Assembly: GCF_009914755.1 (NCBI RefSeq)
Contig: NC_060925.1
Source of the DNA: the human T2T-CHM13v2.0 reference genome, Homo sapiens
Direction: 5' to 3' (one strand)
Length of the DNA stretch: 64,000 nt
Positions 21,296 through 55,361 of the stretch are shown here, piece after piece. Numbering within the stretch: position 1 is the first letter of the stretch; each line of letters begins with the position of its first letter. Made by a program: the position numbers and the translations under genes. Below the pieces are notes generated by a model. The model was not told where the DNA came from, did no database searches, and was given only the letters and a program-made list of their open reading frames with translations.

Positions 21296-21781
21296 ACCTC
21301 AAACTTCAAATTTGCTTATGGGTTTGGTAAGGCTACATCAGTTGTATGTGACCACTTGGAATTAAAACACACACACACTCACTTGATCTGTGTGCTTTCT
21401 TGGCCTGTGCCTTCTGAAACATTTTAGTTTTTTCATACAAGAAATATCAGATTCTATATACCGTGTGACTAAGGGAATGAGAAAATCCCATTGTATTTGA
21501 CAGTTTAAATTTTCTCATCTTTTTTGTCTCTTAAATAAAGACTGCTGCCACGTTGGAAGGATTTCTTGTTCTTAGGCAGACATGTTACATCTGCTTACTG
21601 CTTTCAGGGAGCATGCATGTTTGATGCTTTTTGCTTTGAGTTACTTGAGTACAAGGTTTTCTGAGTGTGAAGGGTCCAGTAAAGCCCACCCAAAAAGAAG
21701 TCACATGATTCTTAATAATAGATTAACAAAAACGTAGCCTCTTTCCATTTTTGCTACTGTTATTAGGACAGTAGATCCTAA

Positions 21782-25112
<3,331 letters not shown>

Positions 25113-25436
25113 TAAATTTAAAGAGTTTAGATCGCTTTTCAATAACTTTGGCTCTAAAGGGCTTCATTGATGATTTATACAGTTGAGTCCTGCAATGCTT
25201 TCCCCGTTTCTTTTGTAATAGTTGCACAGTCACCAGTTAGGTCTGACTCATTGCCCTGATGTCATCTCTGAGGAAGTTTACCTGGGAAAGACAGGCTGTG
25301 AGACCCCTTGATTGAGCAGAGCATTGTGGGCAAAAAGCAGCAGGTAGCTTACTTTGACTGGTTTGGAATCGCTTATCTTTTTCTAAGGAACAAAGGAGAG
25401 TGACCACTAACTTTGTATTTTACTTCTTAATTTATC

Positions 25437-25438
<2 letters not shown>

Positions 25439-25473
<35 letters not shown>
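25439..25473. repeat. (TG)17 microsatellite
   Basis: Direct reading. Confidence 0.97.
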
Positions 25474-27411
<1,938 letters not shown>

Positions 27412-28036
27412 TGTAGTGTGCTTTTTAAACGAAATTAAAAATGTCTTAAAATTATAAAGCAAAATACCCTATTAACCTTATTGTGTAAAATAGACCTTTT
27501 TCTAATTTCTTCTGAGCATTGTACTTTGGTGAGGAAAAATCTAATTGTGATATTAAACTACCACCTTCAGGCCCTAGGTTGACGGTAAGGAAAGCTGTTG
27601 CGGTAAAAACCATTTCAATATGAATGGAATCGTTTTCATTGATGTAAACCTTACACTAGAGTATGAGTAAGCAATATTGTATATATTTTACTTACTACTT
27701 GTTTAAAAATTATAAAATGGTTTTGTCTATAAAGTAGTGACCTTGGTTTTGAATGGTGAAGTTAATATTGTAAAAAAGTTGTTTATACTTTACCTTTTTA
27801 TCAGGTTGTCCAAAATCAAGTGACACCAGAGTGTTTTAGATCTCAGCTTCTTCTTGAGGAAGTTTGATTTTCAGAAGTTTACATTTTTTTCTTACAATTC
27901 AAAGATTTTTATGAAATGATACATTAGTAATGAGGAAGAATAATCAATGTTAAGGATCCTGCGTTTGGATTGCAGCTTGAAATTAGCATGTTGGTTTTTC
28001 AAAAGATGGGAAAGCAGTCCAAGAAATAATACAGGC

Positions 28037-28185
28037 CAGGGTTTCTCAGTCTTGGCACTATTCACATTTGAGACCAGAGAACTCTTTGTTGGGACTTTCC
28101 TGTGCACTGTAGGGTACTTGGTAGATGCCAGTAACCCTACCCCACCCCACCCCCACTGTGACAACAAAAATGTTGTAGAACCCTG
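28037..28185 (-). mobile_element. MER20 (hAT-Charlie) fragment
   Basis: cagggtttctcagtcttggcactattcacattt...tagatgccagtaacc...tgtgacaacaaaaatgt matches the reverse complement of the MER20 consensus as recalled. Confidence 0.8.
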
Positions 28186-28335
28186 CTAAAACTAGTAGGG
28201 TCCTTGAAAGATCATGAGGTCTGCTAACCGCTAGGGAAATTCAAGTTAAGAGAGGCAAAATGAAGTGTCTTGGCAGGTCACTCAGTTGATTATTTCCTTG
28301 TTATTTTTTGGAGTAAAAAAAAAATAGAGGCTTGA

Positions 28336-35978
<7,643 letters not shown>

Positions 35979-35989
35979 CATCTGTTTTA

Positions 35990-36270
35990 TTTAATTCTTA
36001 ACCCTGTGATATAGGTACTATTATAATTATTTTCATTTTACACACTTGATATTGGGGGAAATTGGGTATGATGCAATTTTAGAAATACTATTTTCATTTA
36101 GTTTCATTATGTTGGCTGATAGTCCTGTGTTCCATGTGGTAACTTTAGGCATAAAATTATGATAGGAAACCCATTTCAAAGGTGTTAAGTGATTTGTCCA
36201 CGGACATGTGCTATATGTCTGATCCAAGATTTGAATCTAGACCTCTGAATCCCAAACCCATATACGCACT
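35990..36270. mobile_element. MIR fragment interrupted by about 130 bp of non-MIR sequence
   Basis: aaccctgtgatataggtactattat...cattttac and ttaagtgatttgtcc...gatttgaatctagacctctgaatcccaaaccc are MIR core-like. Confidence 0.6.
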
Positions 36271-36589
36271 ATTATTATTATTACACTAAGTGAATTGAAT
36301 TCACTAGTCTTACTTCATTTGAAAAAAAAAAGTTCAAGTTATTAATAGAATGCAACACTTGCATTGGTGGTATGTGGTGGTAAATGAAGATTATACTTTT
36401 GTGCTCCTGCATATTTATTGTCTTCTGCCACCTCTGAAGGTAGAGTACGAGATAGATGTGTAGAATGCAGGGCCTCCAGAAATTCCAGTCTGAAAATTTA
36501 GACCTATTAGTTATTTTAAGAAGTTTTCTAATGCTGCTCATTTTCTGTTTGTCTTTTCACTAAAGTTTGTTGTTGTTGCCTTTTTGCAG

Positions 36590-36750
36590 CAGTGATTCCA
36601 GCAGTAGTTCAAGTGATGATTCTCCAGCTCGATCAGTTCAGTCTGCAGCAGTCCCTGCACCCACTTCCCAGTTGCTTTCATCTCTGGAAAAAGATGAGCC
36701 CCGTAAAAGTTTTGGCATCAAGGTCCAGAATCTTCCAGTACGCTCTACAG
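36590..36750 (+). CDS. SPEN: SPEN coding exon 4 (161 nt): Ser-rich tract and start of RRM2
   Basis: Acceptor tttttgcag|CAG (NAGNAG); donor CAG|gtaaaa. Translates SSDSSSSSSDDSPARS...SFGIKVQNLPVRST. Confidence 0.95.
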
Positions 36751-37112
36751 GTAAAATTTTGTGTGAATGTCCTTTCCTCTGTGCTACTACTGAGGAATGA
36801 GGTATGATACTGCATTACATTGAAATAACTTTGGGCATAAAATTATAATGGAAAACCCATTTCGAAATATTAACGTTTTAAATGAGGAAAGCCATGAATA
36901 ATGGAAAAGTCTGCTTAAGCTATTCTGTGGTCTCTACTGGTAATATTTTTAATTGACAGCTGACCGTAATATACTGTTACTCCTACATTGGTCATGTTGA
37001 GCATGTAAACAAGTTAAAACTATTAGTAGATAGTCATGCCAACAAAGACCAAATTAAGTATTTTTTAGCTAAGTGTATTTCAGTGATTGCTTAAATTATT
37101 TACTAAAATAGG

Positions 37113-37425
<313 letters not shown>

Positions 37426-38166
37426 TTACTAAAATAGCCTAAAAACTTATGTATCAGGTTTGTGAATAGAGTTATTGAGATACTAATGTTGATGAGCTTT
37501 TGATTTAGAGTACTTGGTAATTTAGAAATGGACAAGGGAGTAAAATTGGCTTGCCTTTCTATACACCTTTTATATTTCTAATAAAGCAAATTAACACAAG
37601 ACCCCCAGATGGTATGATTCATCTGTAAAGGATACTAAAATTGTTTAGCATGCTACATGACACTTCTCACACAATTTTATCATTGAGATGATCCTTGGAA
37701 AGATAGACGATGCCTTTCCATTTCAAGTCTTTAACACTTTATAAACAGACATGTAAAAGTTTTATTATGAAACCTACCCCAAAGTAGAAGGAATAGCAAA
37801 ATGAACTCCCCTTATATAATATCCAAGATTCAGAAATCATCATTTTGCATTTTTGCTTTATCTGTTTCCTGTCTTCCTGCTTTCCTACTGTTTTTTGTTT
37901 TTTTTTTTACCTTTAAGGTGAATCCTTGATGTTGTTTTATTTCATACCTATTTACACACGTATATTTATGTATATATCTATAATATATAAGGGCATTTTT
38001 CTGGATAACCACAGTATCATTCTTACCTAACAAAATAACCAATACTATCATCTAACAGTTTATTTTCAGAATTGTACAATAATCTCGAAACCGTGTTTTT
38101 AGAGCTTTTTTGTTTGAAAAAGTAATGTTTTAATGACAATAAAATTTAAGTCAAATCTCAAGCTAG

Positions 38167-38266
38167 ATCCTTTTGTGGTTCATAAGCATGATGATTGGGT
38201 TTTCATGCTGTGTGAGGTGTGCCTCCCTCAGACCTTGTTATGACATTAGTATATTACCTGTCTGAC
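38167..38266 (+). pseudogene. U13 (SNORD13) box C/D snoRNA retrocopy
   Basis: ATCCTTTTGTGGTTCATAAGCATGATGATTGGGT...TTACCTGTCTGAC closely matches U13 over its full length. Box C ATGATGA at 38188-38194, box D CTGA at 38262-38265. A-rich tail and degenerate TSD (aaatctcaagcta / aaaatcaggcta). Confidence 0.9.
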
Positions 38267-38370
38267 ATGAACAAAAAAATGAGAAAATCAGGCTAAAGAT
38301 TTAGTAGGTTGCTTATTTAGTTATAATTAAATTAGAAGAATTAATAACTTGGTTTTTTTTGGGAATTTAG

Positions 38371-38571
38371 ATACAAGCCTTAAAGATGGCCTTTTCCATG
38401 AATTTAAGAAATTTGGAAAAGTAACTTCAGTGCAGATACATGGAACTTCAGAAGAGAGGTATGGTCTGGTATTCTTTCGGCAGCAAGAGGACCAAGAAAA
38501 AGCCTTGACTGCATCAAAAGGAAAACTTTTCTTTGGCATGCAGATTGAAGTAACAGCATGGATAGGTCCAG
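38371..38571 (+). CDS. SPEN: SPEN coding exon 5 (201 nt): RRM2
   Basis: aatttag|ATAC ... CCAG|gtaaga. Translates DTSLKDGLFHEFKKFGKVTSVQIHGTSEERYGLVFF...VTAWIGP. Confidence 0.96.
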
Positions 38572-38887
38572 GTAAGACACAAGCAAGCTGAGTTTGAGTT
38601 ACTCATCACACACACTGTTTGTGTTGCAGTGTATGAGAGGGCAGCATATGATCCTGAATGAGGACACTATTCTGGCTTTATTTATTGACATATTTCCATT
38701 GTCTTCTGTTTTAAAAGATGGTTCTATTTATTGTTCAACTTAATAAAAAACATTGTTTTGGTTAGGGAGGATAGATTTTTCTGTTGCTGTAATGGAGCCT
38801 TGCTGACTGTTAAGAGTCTGAAAGGCAGAACTGTGTAGACCCTTATTGAGTCCAGCCTTCCCAAAAGGATTGAATTTATCAAAACTA

Positions 38888-45788
<6,901 letters not shown>

Positions 45789-46194
45789 GATATCATATTT
45801 TAAATGGCCTGGCCCCTAATAACGATTTTAGATATTGCAGAAGGGAATTATTTCTTAGGATTTCATTAAATAGCCTGCCTTTTCTTTATTATCGTTAAGT
45901 TTCTCTTAATGCTGTTAGTATGGATTTTAAATTTTGAATTTTGAATTGCAATGCTGTTGCTCCTCTGCAGAGAGCTTCACATGAGAAGGATTTCATGGTT
46001 TGTGACAATAAATGCTATATGTTTTATAGCAAACTAGTAACTTACCATTGTATTAAGGTGTACAGTTTTTTTAACTAAGTAAATGATGATTGAGAACATG
46101 ACTTTTTTGAGAAATAAATACCCTATATGGACTTGGTTCATTCTAATTTATTTTCTTGGGCATATTGCTAAGTTGTATTCATTGGTTTTTTCAG

Positions 46195-46320
46195 GATATT
46201 GACATTAAGAAAGTAAATGGAGTTCCTCAGTATGCGTTTCTGCAATACTGTGATATTGCTAGCGTTTGTAAAGCTATTAAGAAGATGGATGGGGAATATC
46301 TTGGAAATAATCGCCTCAAG
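46195..46320 (+). CDS. SPEN: SPEN coding exon 7 (126 nt): RRM3
   Basis: ttttcag|GAT ... AAG|gtaaat. Translates DIDIKKVNGVPQYAFLQYCDIASVCKAIKKMDGEYLGNNRLK. Confidence 0.96.
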
Positions 46321-46672
46321 GTAAATGAATTTGCATAAATTATTGTGCTGTTATGATTTGCTTTGTTTTTTAAGACTTGAAGGGTTTTTTTTTTGCATAT
46401 GCCTTATTATTTAAGATCCTACTAAGACAGATAACCATAAAAGTGATATACTTCTTTGCATTCCTATCCTATTATATACTGTAATCTGATTAATATTCGA
46501 TTAGCCAGGCAGGATTTTTTTTGTATATTCCTATTTAATTTTAACCAGATGTTTCCCACTTGAGATGTTGATTTGATAAGATTACTATAGAAAACCAGTT
46601 TTCTGAGAATTCTGTTGTAGTTGAATAGTAATTGTGAACTTTACTAATAGAAATTTTGCCTTTTATATTCAG

Positions 46673-46786
46673 CTGGGTTTTGGAAAGAGCATGCCTACAA
46701 ACTGCGTGTGGCTAGATGGGCTTTCTTCGAATGTGTCAGATCAGTATTTAACACGACATTTCTGCCGATATGGGCCTGTGGTAAAG
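46673..46786 (+). CDS. SPEN: SPEN coding exon 8 (114 nt): start of RRM4
   Basis: atattcag|CTG ... AAG|gtaggc. Translates LGFGKSMPTNCVWLDGLSSNVSDQYLTRHFCRYGPVVK. Confidence 0.96.
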
Positions 46787-47314
46787 GTAGGCGGGAGGTT
46801 TTGGTATGTGGTTCAGACTTCTGACTCACTCGTCTTGGTATTCTCTCCTTTCAGTCTCAGTTGGCTAGCATTGCCTATTTCTTTAATAACGAGCACATTA
46901 AAATTATGTTTGCTAAGATTTGGTCAATAAGGGCATTTGCATCTGTTGCCTTAAGTTATGAGTATTTTGAAGAAACTATTTTGAACTAGCCAAGGTGATT
47001 AATTTTGAAACTATTCTCATAGTATAAATAGAATGAAATAGAAATGTTGCTTAGGGATTTTTATAATTTTATCTTACATTAAAATTAGATAGTCTGACTA
47101 TATAGTTATTCACATTTACACTAAATATGTAATTAGACTTTTTTAAATGAGGGGAAGTTCACACAACAGAATATTCATCTAACCAATGATTTTTATGTAA
47201 TACATCCATAAGCAACAGGAAAAGGGTCTCCAGACCCAATTCAGTGTGTGAAGGTAAAGCTTTGGTTCCTTAAAACTATGTTTACTCTGTGGTAGGTATA
47301 TTGTATACCCTTGA

Positions 47315-47596
<282 letters not shown>

Positions 47597-48138
47597 TAAA
47601 GTGCTGAGATTACAGGCACTGCGCCTGGCAGACAATACTTTAAATGTAGCTTTTGTTGTTTAGAGAAATACACATCTTAAAGATTGCCTGTATAAAAAAA
47701 TCCACAGCCTTAAGACAGTTATGCTACTTGTAGCCAAAGTTCACAGAAATTCTTTGTTGTTCTTAATTTTTCCTTCCTTTCAAGGGTGTTTTTTGCTGTT
47801 GTTGGTTTTGCTTTTTTGTTTTGAGCCAAAACAAGACGAATACTTTACTGAAATACAATATAGTGGTCAGTAAACATGGAAAACAAAGTAAAATACAGAA
47901 GAACAAAATAAAGGCATAATATCTCAAGCCATAATGTCTATGATTCTAAACAGTCCCTGCACATTTTCATTTTATTGTGTTCACTACAGTGTGCATCACA
48001 CTTTTTTTTTTAATAGAATAAAATATATAAAAATATATTTTTTCTCATCCGTGTCCTTGTGGCTTAGGATTTTGTTGGGACTGACACTAAGTCCAGTGGA
48101 TGAGGCTCTTACTTGTTTTTTGTTTGTTTGTTTTACAG

Positions 48139-48252
48139 GTGGTGTTTGACCGCTTAAAAGGCATGGCCCTGGTTCTCTACAATGAAATTGAATATGCACA
48201 AGCAGCTGTAAAAGAGACCAAAGGGAGGAAAATCGGTGGGAATAAAATTAAG
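48139..48252 (+). CDS. SPEN: SPEN coding exon 9 (114 nt): RRM4
   Basis: ttttacag|GTG ... AAG|gtgtgc. Translates [38 protein letters not shown]. Confidence 0.96.
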
Positions 48253-48293
48253 GTGTGCAGAATGACTTTAAACAGAAGCAAAACAAAGTCCTA

Positions 48294-48837
<544 letters not shown>

Positions 48838-49517
48838 TCATCGCAGGCTTGACCACAGTTATGGGTATCTGACACCCAGGGCCTCATAGTATCAGTCCAG
48901 CATCCTGAATGATATGTCTTTCTTTCCTTTCCTACTCTCCTGAAGAGTGGGTAGCCACTTAAAGCATAACTTTATGTCCAGTGTATGTTTTTAAAAACTT
49001 GTATTCATGGTAGTTTGAAGGAATTTATGCACTTAACTATGAAATAACTATGATTGTTAGGTTGAAAAAAGTATTTTAAAAATAAGATGATAAGCTATTT
49101 GATAGCTGATGAGCATCATATGCTTTAGTAACTTTGAGGCCCAGCTGTGAATAAAGTTTAAAATGTTCATCCATATTTTGTTTTATATTCTAACTGTAGT
49201 TTTGGCAACAGAGATTGCTGGATTTAGTTGATCTGATTACTTAATTGCCATTTCAGTTTTCCATTTTGCTTTTTTCACTCCTTCACAATTGGGTTTGAAA
49301 CTTTATAAATTTCATTCTTTTATCACGGTTTATACAGAATTTGAGAGATTTCAGGTTAATATAGTTTCAGTGATGAGGACTGTTTTACTTGAGATACATT
49401 GCTGTTTCCTGAAATTTTCTCAGAAGGGCTATGTTGTGAAGAATTTACAAATCTGATAACATTTTTCCATCATTAAAATTTGAAACTTGCATCAAACACC
49501 TCTTTTTTTTTTTAAAG

Positions 49518-49618
49518 GTGGATTTTGCAAATCGGGAAAGTCAGCTGGCTTTTTATCACTGCATGGAGAAATCTGGTCAAGACATCAGAGACTTTTATGA
49601 AATGTTAGCCGAAAGAAG
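49518..49618 (+). CDS. SPEN: SPEN coding exon 10 (101 nt): end of RRM4 and following helix
   Basis: ttttttaaag|GTG ... AAG|gtatgt. Translates VDFANRESQLAFYHCMEKSGQDIRDFYEMLAER; phase joins exons 9 and 11. Not in the ORF track. Confidence 0.95.
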
Positions 49619-50963
49619 GTATGTATTTTAAACTTACCAGTGTAGCTTGAGTTTTAATAGTTTTAATACAGAAACTTAAGATGGCATTAAATTTTATTTT
49701 TCACTCTTTACCCCTACTTTCATCTTCTAGAATAGAGAATGCTTCTCTTTTATCACTTCATATGGAAACACAGGTTTATTTTTTTGAATCTAGTTTCCAG
49801 GTAATTCCTATGGGTTTGGAGCAACCTGTCTGGATTTCTCACTGAATGCTCCTAGAACTTGAAAGAGTTACTGTTTTGCCAGGTGATAACTTTATGTACT
49901 TTTTTTTTTGAGACAGGGTCTCACTCTGTCACCCAGACTGGAGTGCAGTGGCATGATCATGGCTCACTGCAGTCTCTGCCTTATAGGCTCAAGTGATCCT
50001 CACACATCATCTTCTTGATTAGCTGGGACTACAGACACTTGCCACCACGCTGGAGTAATTTTTGTAAAGATGGGTTTTCTCCATGTTGTCTAGGCTGGTC
50101 TTGAACTCCTGGGCTCAAGCATTCTGCCCGCTTTGGCCTCCCAAAGCGCTGGGATTACAGGTGTGAGCCACCACACCTGGTCTGCTTTATGTACCATTAA
50201 TCATAAATACAAATCATCTTGCTTACAGTTACTTCTTAAAGTAAATGTATTAATATATGTTAGAGTGCATTATAAACTTTTAAATGGCTACATATTTAGT
50301 AATGACAACAACCAGGTTGTATGTGCTCATACATTTAACTTAAAAAATAAATAAATAAATAAAAACTTCCAAAAGAATATCAAGAGCTTTATTTTAAAGT
50401 TGAATCTCTTAAATAGTCAAAGTGAATCAATAAGCCAAAGCATATGTAAACTGGCAACTTTGGCAATGTGCAGGGCAAACCTGATTTCCTCTTGTTAATA
50501 CTTTCAGTCATGGTTATGTAGTATTTAATATTTTTTCTGCTGAACAGACCGAAATATAGTAAAACATCTTAAGATAATGCCACCAGATTCTTCAATAGCT
50601 GATTACTTTTGAAAATGGAAATTTGGTCCATATTATCAAGCTGTTTTTCCAGACATACCTCTGATTAAGTTTCCTGGAATGTTCCCACTAGGTCTCCACC
50701 CCTATATGTGTTAGACAAAAGGTTTGTGTGAAAAACGCCTTTAGACACTTGAGTTCAAAGTATGAAAAGGGCTCCATGGCAAGATGAGCCAAGTCAGGGT
50801 TGTGCTGCCACAAGCCCTGTTGAATGCATTCCCTTTCTACTGCCTCTTCTTGCCAATTCATTTTTGTTTAAATGATAGCAAGTATTAATATATATTAATT
50901 TCTTAGTGGAATATTGTACAACAGTCGTTGAATACTTTGTGCTTTTTTTTTTTTTTGAGATGA

Positions 50964-51173
<210 letters not shown>

Positions 51174-51748
51174 TGATCCGCCCGCCTTGGCCTCTCAAAG
51201 TGCTGGGATTACAGGCGTGAGCCACCGCACCCGGCCTACCTGGTGTTTTTAAATGAAAAATGCTCCCTACGGCCAAATTCTCAAAAGCTCAAACTTGTCA
51301 GGTTTTGATGGTTTCTCACCAGATCAGAATCCAAATCACAAAGCTTCAAAGATCAATACTCCTTTAGCTAGAAAGTCAGGCTCGATAGACTGTTTTCTCA
51401 GTTGTGTGAGTGTAAGAGAGTGAAAGTGAGCGTAAAATTATGTGGCCACATGCAGGAGAATGTGTGTGTCTCATGTCAAGAGAGAAAAAAATTCTCTATC
51501 CTGGCTTCCCAAGTAGCAGTTTGAAGTCATTGTTAATACAGTAAATGCTTACAAGGAATTCTTATCTATATGTGAGTGGAAAGTGTCCCGGAGGCCTACT
51601 TGCACCTAAAACATACAAAATCCATTAAAATCCTCTGTGTACATTAAATATTTTAAAACAGCAGTTTTGTGTGAGGGTTGAATAATGTAATGTGGGTGTT
51701 ACTTTTTGTATATTACTACTTAAAATCTATTTTTTTTTTGTTTTTTGA

Positions 51749-51907
<159 letters not shown>

Positions 51908-53649
51908 TAGTGGAGACAGGGTTTCTCCATGTTGGTCAGGCTGGTCTCAAATTCCTGACCTCAGGTGATCCGCCTGCCTCGGCCTCCCAAAGTGCTGGGA
52001 TTACAGATGTGAGCCACCACGCTTGGCCAAAAGTCATTGTTTGTTTTAGTGATGAACTAACTGGCTTTGGGTTTGTTCTGTGTTTTTTCTCATGGTTATT
52101 TATCCCTCTCAAATGGCAGTTATCTCCTCATGAGGACGCAGGAGGGTGTGGGACTTCACTGTGACCCAGGTTTGCCCCATGTGGTTTCAGTTGGCAGTGC
52201 TTATGGAATGCATTCCTTGCAGTAGACCTTGAGGATCTTTGCCTCTTCCATAGAATGGAAGTTATCTCACTGAATAGTTGATGCATGAATGAAAAAAAAT
52301 GCTTTAATGCTAATGATAAGCTCAGGAATGCAAATGACAACTCTATTTGCACAGGGCTTTCCCATTTTCCAATAGTATTTCATTTGATCCCTCTAATACT
52401 CTGTCAGGTAACCCTTTTTATGGAAGGAACTTTTGCTAATAAGATCACAGGCCACTAAGGGGCTGGGCTGGGGATAAACCTAGGGTTCCTACCTGCTAGT
52501 GCATTGAGCTTACCCTTTACCGGAGTGGTTCTCGAGATGAATTTACAGGGTCACATTGTGATTCAGATGACATCTACTTATGGCACTTTGGATACTCTGT
52601 GGTTTTGTGAACAGAGTTCTCTCCGAACCTGACTTTCTGCAGTTCCTCAGAGTCCCCGTACATGGTCCAAGTGCCAGTTGTGTTGTCCCTGCTTAAATTG
52701 TTGAATTCTTTGAGGGCAGAACTGCTTATTTCTTTTGTTGTCATGGGGCCCAGCAAAATAAGTATTTGTTAAGCTGAACAGTGCTCCAGCATGAATGCTT
52801 ATACATATATTTCTGCCTTCCAAAACTTTTTTTAATATTACTACTTAATAAATTTTTATTAAATTTTTTTTTTTTTTTGTAGAGATGGGGTCTTGCTGTG
52901 TTGATCCTGCCAGTCTTGAACTCCTGGCCTCAAGCAGGCCTCCCAAAGTGCTAGGATTACAAGCCTAAGCTACCATGCCCAGCTCGTATTTTTAGATATA
53001 GTTTTAGTTTGCTTAATTAAAAAGATACCTTGATACTGTGTTTTTAAATATGACTCAAGCCTACCATTAATATGGGCAGTAAACTAATGACCATTCTAGG
53101 TGTCTTACTCACTTTATAATATTAGAAGGTATATAATGTGTTCACCTTCATGTGGAAAATACATCCTCAAAGTATGTATTTATGGTGGTAATGAGTTAAA
53201 TTAGCCTAATTCCATGCCTAGTAACAGTTATTTATGAGCTGCCTCGTCACTATTTAGACAAGGAATCTGATTTCCATGGAGCTATGGAAGGATCATCTTG
53301 AATCCAATTAAACCAAATATCATAGATACACAATAAAATATTTTCTTTGAACTGAGGAAGTTCAATATAAGTACATATAATAGGCCAGGCACAGTGGCTC
53401 ATGCCTGTAATCCCAGAACTTTGAGAGACTGAGGCGGGCAGATCACCAGAGGTCAGGAGTTTGAGTTCGGCCTGGCCAACACAGTGAAACCTGTCTCTAC
53501 TAAAAATACAAAAAAATTGGCCAAGCGTGGTGGCGCATGCCTGTATTCCCAGCTACTTGTGGTGGTGGTGAGGTAGGAGAATCGCTTGAACCCCAGAGGT
53601 GGAGAGCAGTGAGCCGAGATTGTGCCACTGCACTCCAGCTCAGATATAT

Positions 53650-53653
<4 letters not shown>

Positions 53654-53684
<31 letters not shown>
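53654..53684. repeat. (CA)n microsatellite followed by an AT-rich low-complexity tract, replacing an Alu tail
   Basis: Direct reading. Confidence 0.95.
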
Positions 53685-53685
<1 letters not shown>

Positions 53686-54969
53686 TTATAAATATATTTA
53701 CAAAATATACATATTTATAAATATGTATATTTATAAAATAATGTGTTATCGATGCTTCCAGTGTTGGAATGTTCAGTCTAGATGCTTCGTTTGCTGTTCA
53801 AAGGAGTTGGAACATCATTTAGTAGCAGCTTTGATATATTTTTCTAAAGTTCATTCTTTCAACAAATAGTTGAGTGCTATGAGCCAAGTGCTGTTGTAAG
53901 AGCTAGAGAAATTTTGGCCAAGAAGACAAAGCCTGTGCCTTTATGGGGCTTAAGTTCTAGTGTTCTTTTTTTTTTTTTTTTGAGATGGAGTCTCGCTGTG
54001 TCGCCCAAGCTGGAGTGCAGCGGCACAATCTTGACTCACTGCAAGCTCCGCCTCCCAGGTTCATGCCATTCTCCTTCCTCAGCCTCCCGAGTACCTGGGA
54101 CTACAGGTGCCTGCCACCATGCCCGCCTAATTTTTTCTATTTTTAGTAGAGATGGGGTTTCACCATGTTAGCCAGGATGGTCTTGATCTCCTGACCTCGT
54201 GATCCGCCTGCCTTGGCCTCCCAAAGTGCTGGGATTACAGGCATGAGCCACCGTGTCCGGCCAAGTTCTAGTGTTCTTTCGGCGAGCTACTAATGGCAGT
54301 GTTACCTAGAATGAGCCAGGTGTATCTACATGAGAGAACAAACATTGCGGAGAATGAATGAGTGAAGGAAGTAATTGGTCTCTGTTACAGGTGTATTTAA
54401 TTTCATATAATATATGTTCTTGTGTGTAAATTTAATCCTATTTTGAATGCACCAGACAGGTCCCTGTGGGAGAAAACCTGTGGTGAGTTCCTTAAAACTG
54501 GAGGAGTTCTCTCATGGTGCTTGCAGTCATCCCTGGTTTGTTAGTTGGCAGCCTGGGGGAAAGTGACAACATTTACTGAGGCCAAGTACCTGCCTAGGAT
54601 TATGTAGGAAAGTTTTTACAGATATTATCTTAATCTTTTTAACAGCTTTATGAGGAAAAGCTGCCATTTTATGAGTGAGGAGACTGAGTTCAGAGAGTTT
54701 AACCAGGTTCCAGTATTTTTTAAAAATTGTGAATTAGATAGAAGTGTTACCAGTATCATACAGGTCATATAGATGGCAAAATTTTAGTTAAAATTTTTAT
54801 CTGTTTTTCTAAACAGTGGATTTATTTCCCAAGTTGTAAGAATATCTTTTTATAGAATAGTAATTTTGTGGGAGACTTAGGTAGGAGTGTGGGGATATTG
54901 TCCAGTAACTAGTGTCTGCTTTGTCACAACGCCGGAGTTACCAGAAACATTAAAAAAGGGTTGAATCAC

Positions 54970-55220
54970 CACTGCCCAATAGAAGCATAATGTAAGTTAT
55001 ATAAATTCTGTATATGTAATTTTAAATTTTCTAGTAGCCACATTAAAAAGACAAAGTGAAATTTTCTTTAATATATCTAAAACGTTGTTTCAACATATAA
55101 TCAGTCTAAATTGTTGTTTTTCTATAAACTAGGTCTACAAAATTGGCTGTGTATTTTACACATCTCAATTTAGCTAGATTTCAAGTGCCTAGTAGCTACT
55201 TGAAGCTATAGTGGATAGCT
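54970..55220. mobile_element. MER3/MER33-like DNA transposon remnant just upstream of exon 11
   Basis: taattttaaattttctagtagccacattaaaaa...atttcaagtgcctagtagctac. Confidence 0.65.
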
Positions 55221-55361
55221 ACTACAAACTAATCATTTCACAAATGATTAAATAATGTCAAAAGATTTTTTAGAAGCAGGAATTTCTGATTTCATATGTA
55301 TGATTTTATGCATAAGTGATGAGGAAACAAAAGAACTAATATCTTTGTTATTTTTTGGCAG

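Noticed and set aside
55255-55361. N-terminal 36 codons of the 2787-aa ORF as a real start
   Set aside because: Lies upstream of a clear acceptor (ttttttggcag) whose phase matches exon 10, with no promoter evidence; an intronic in-frame extension.
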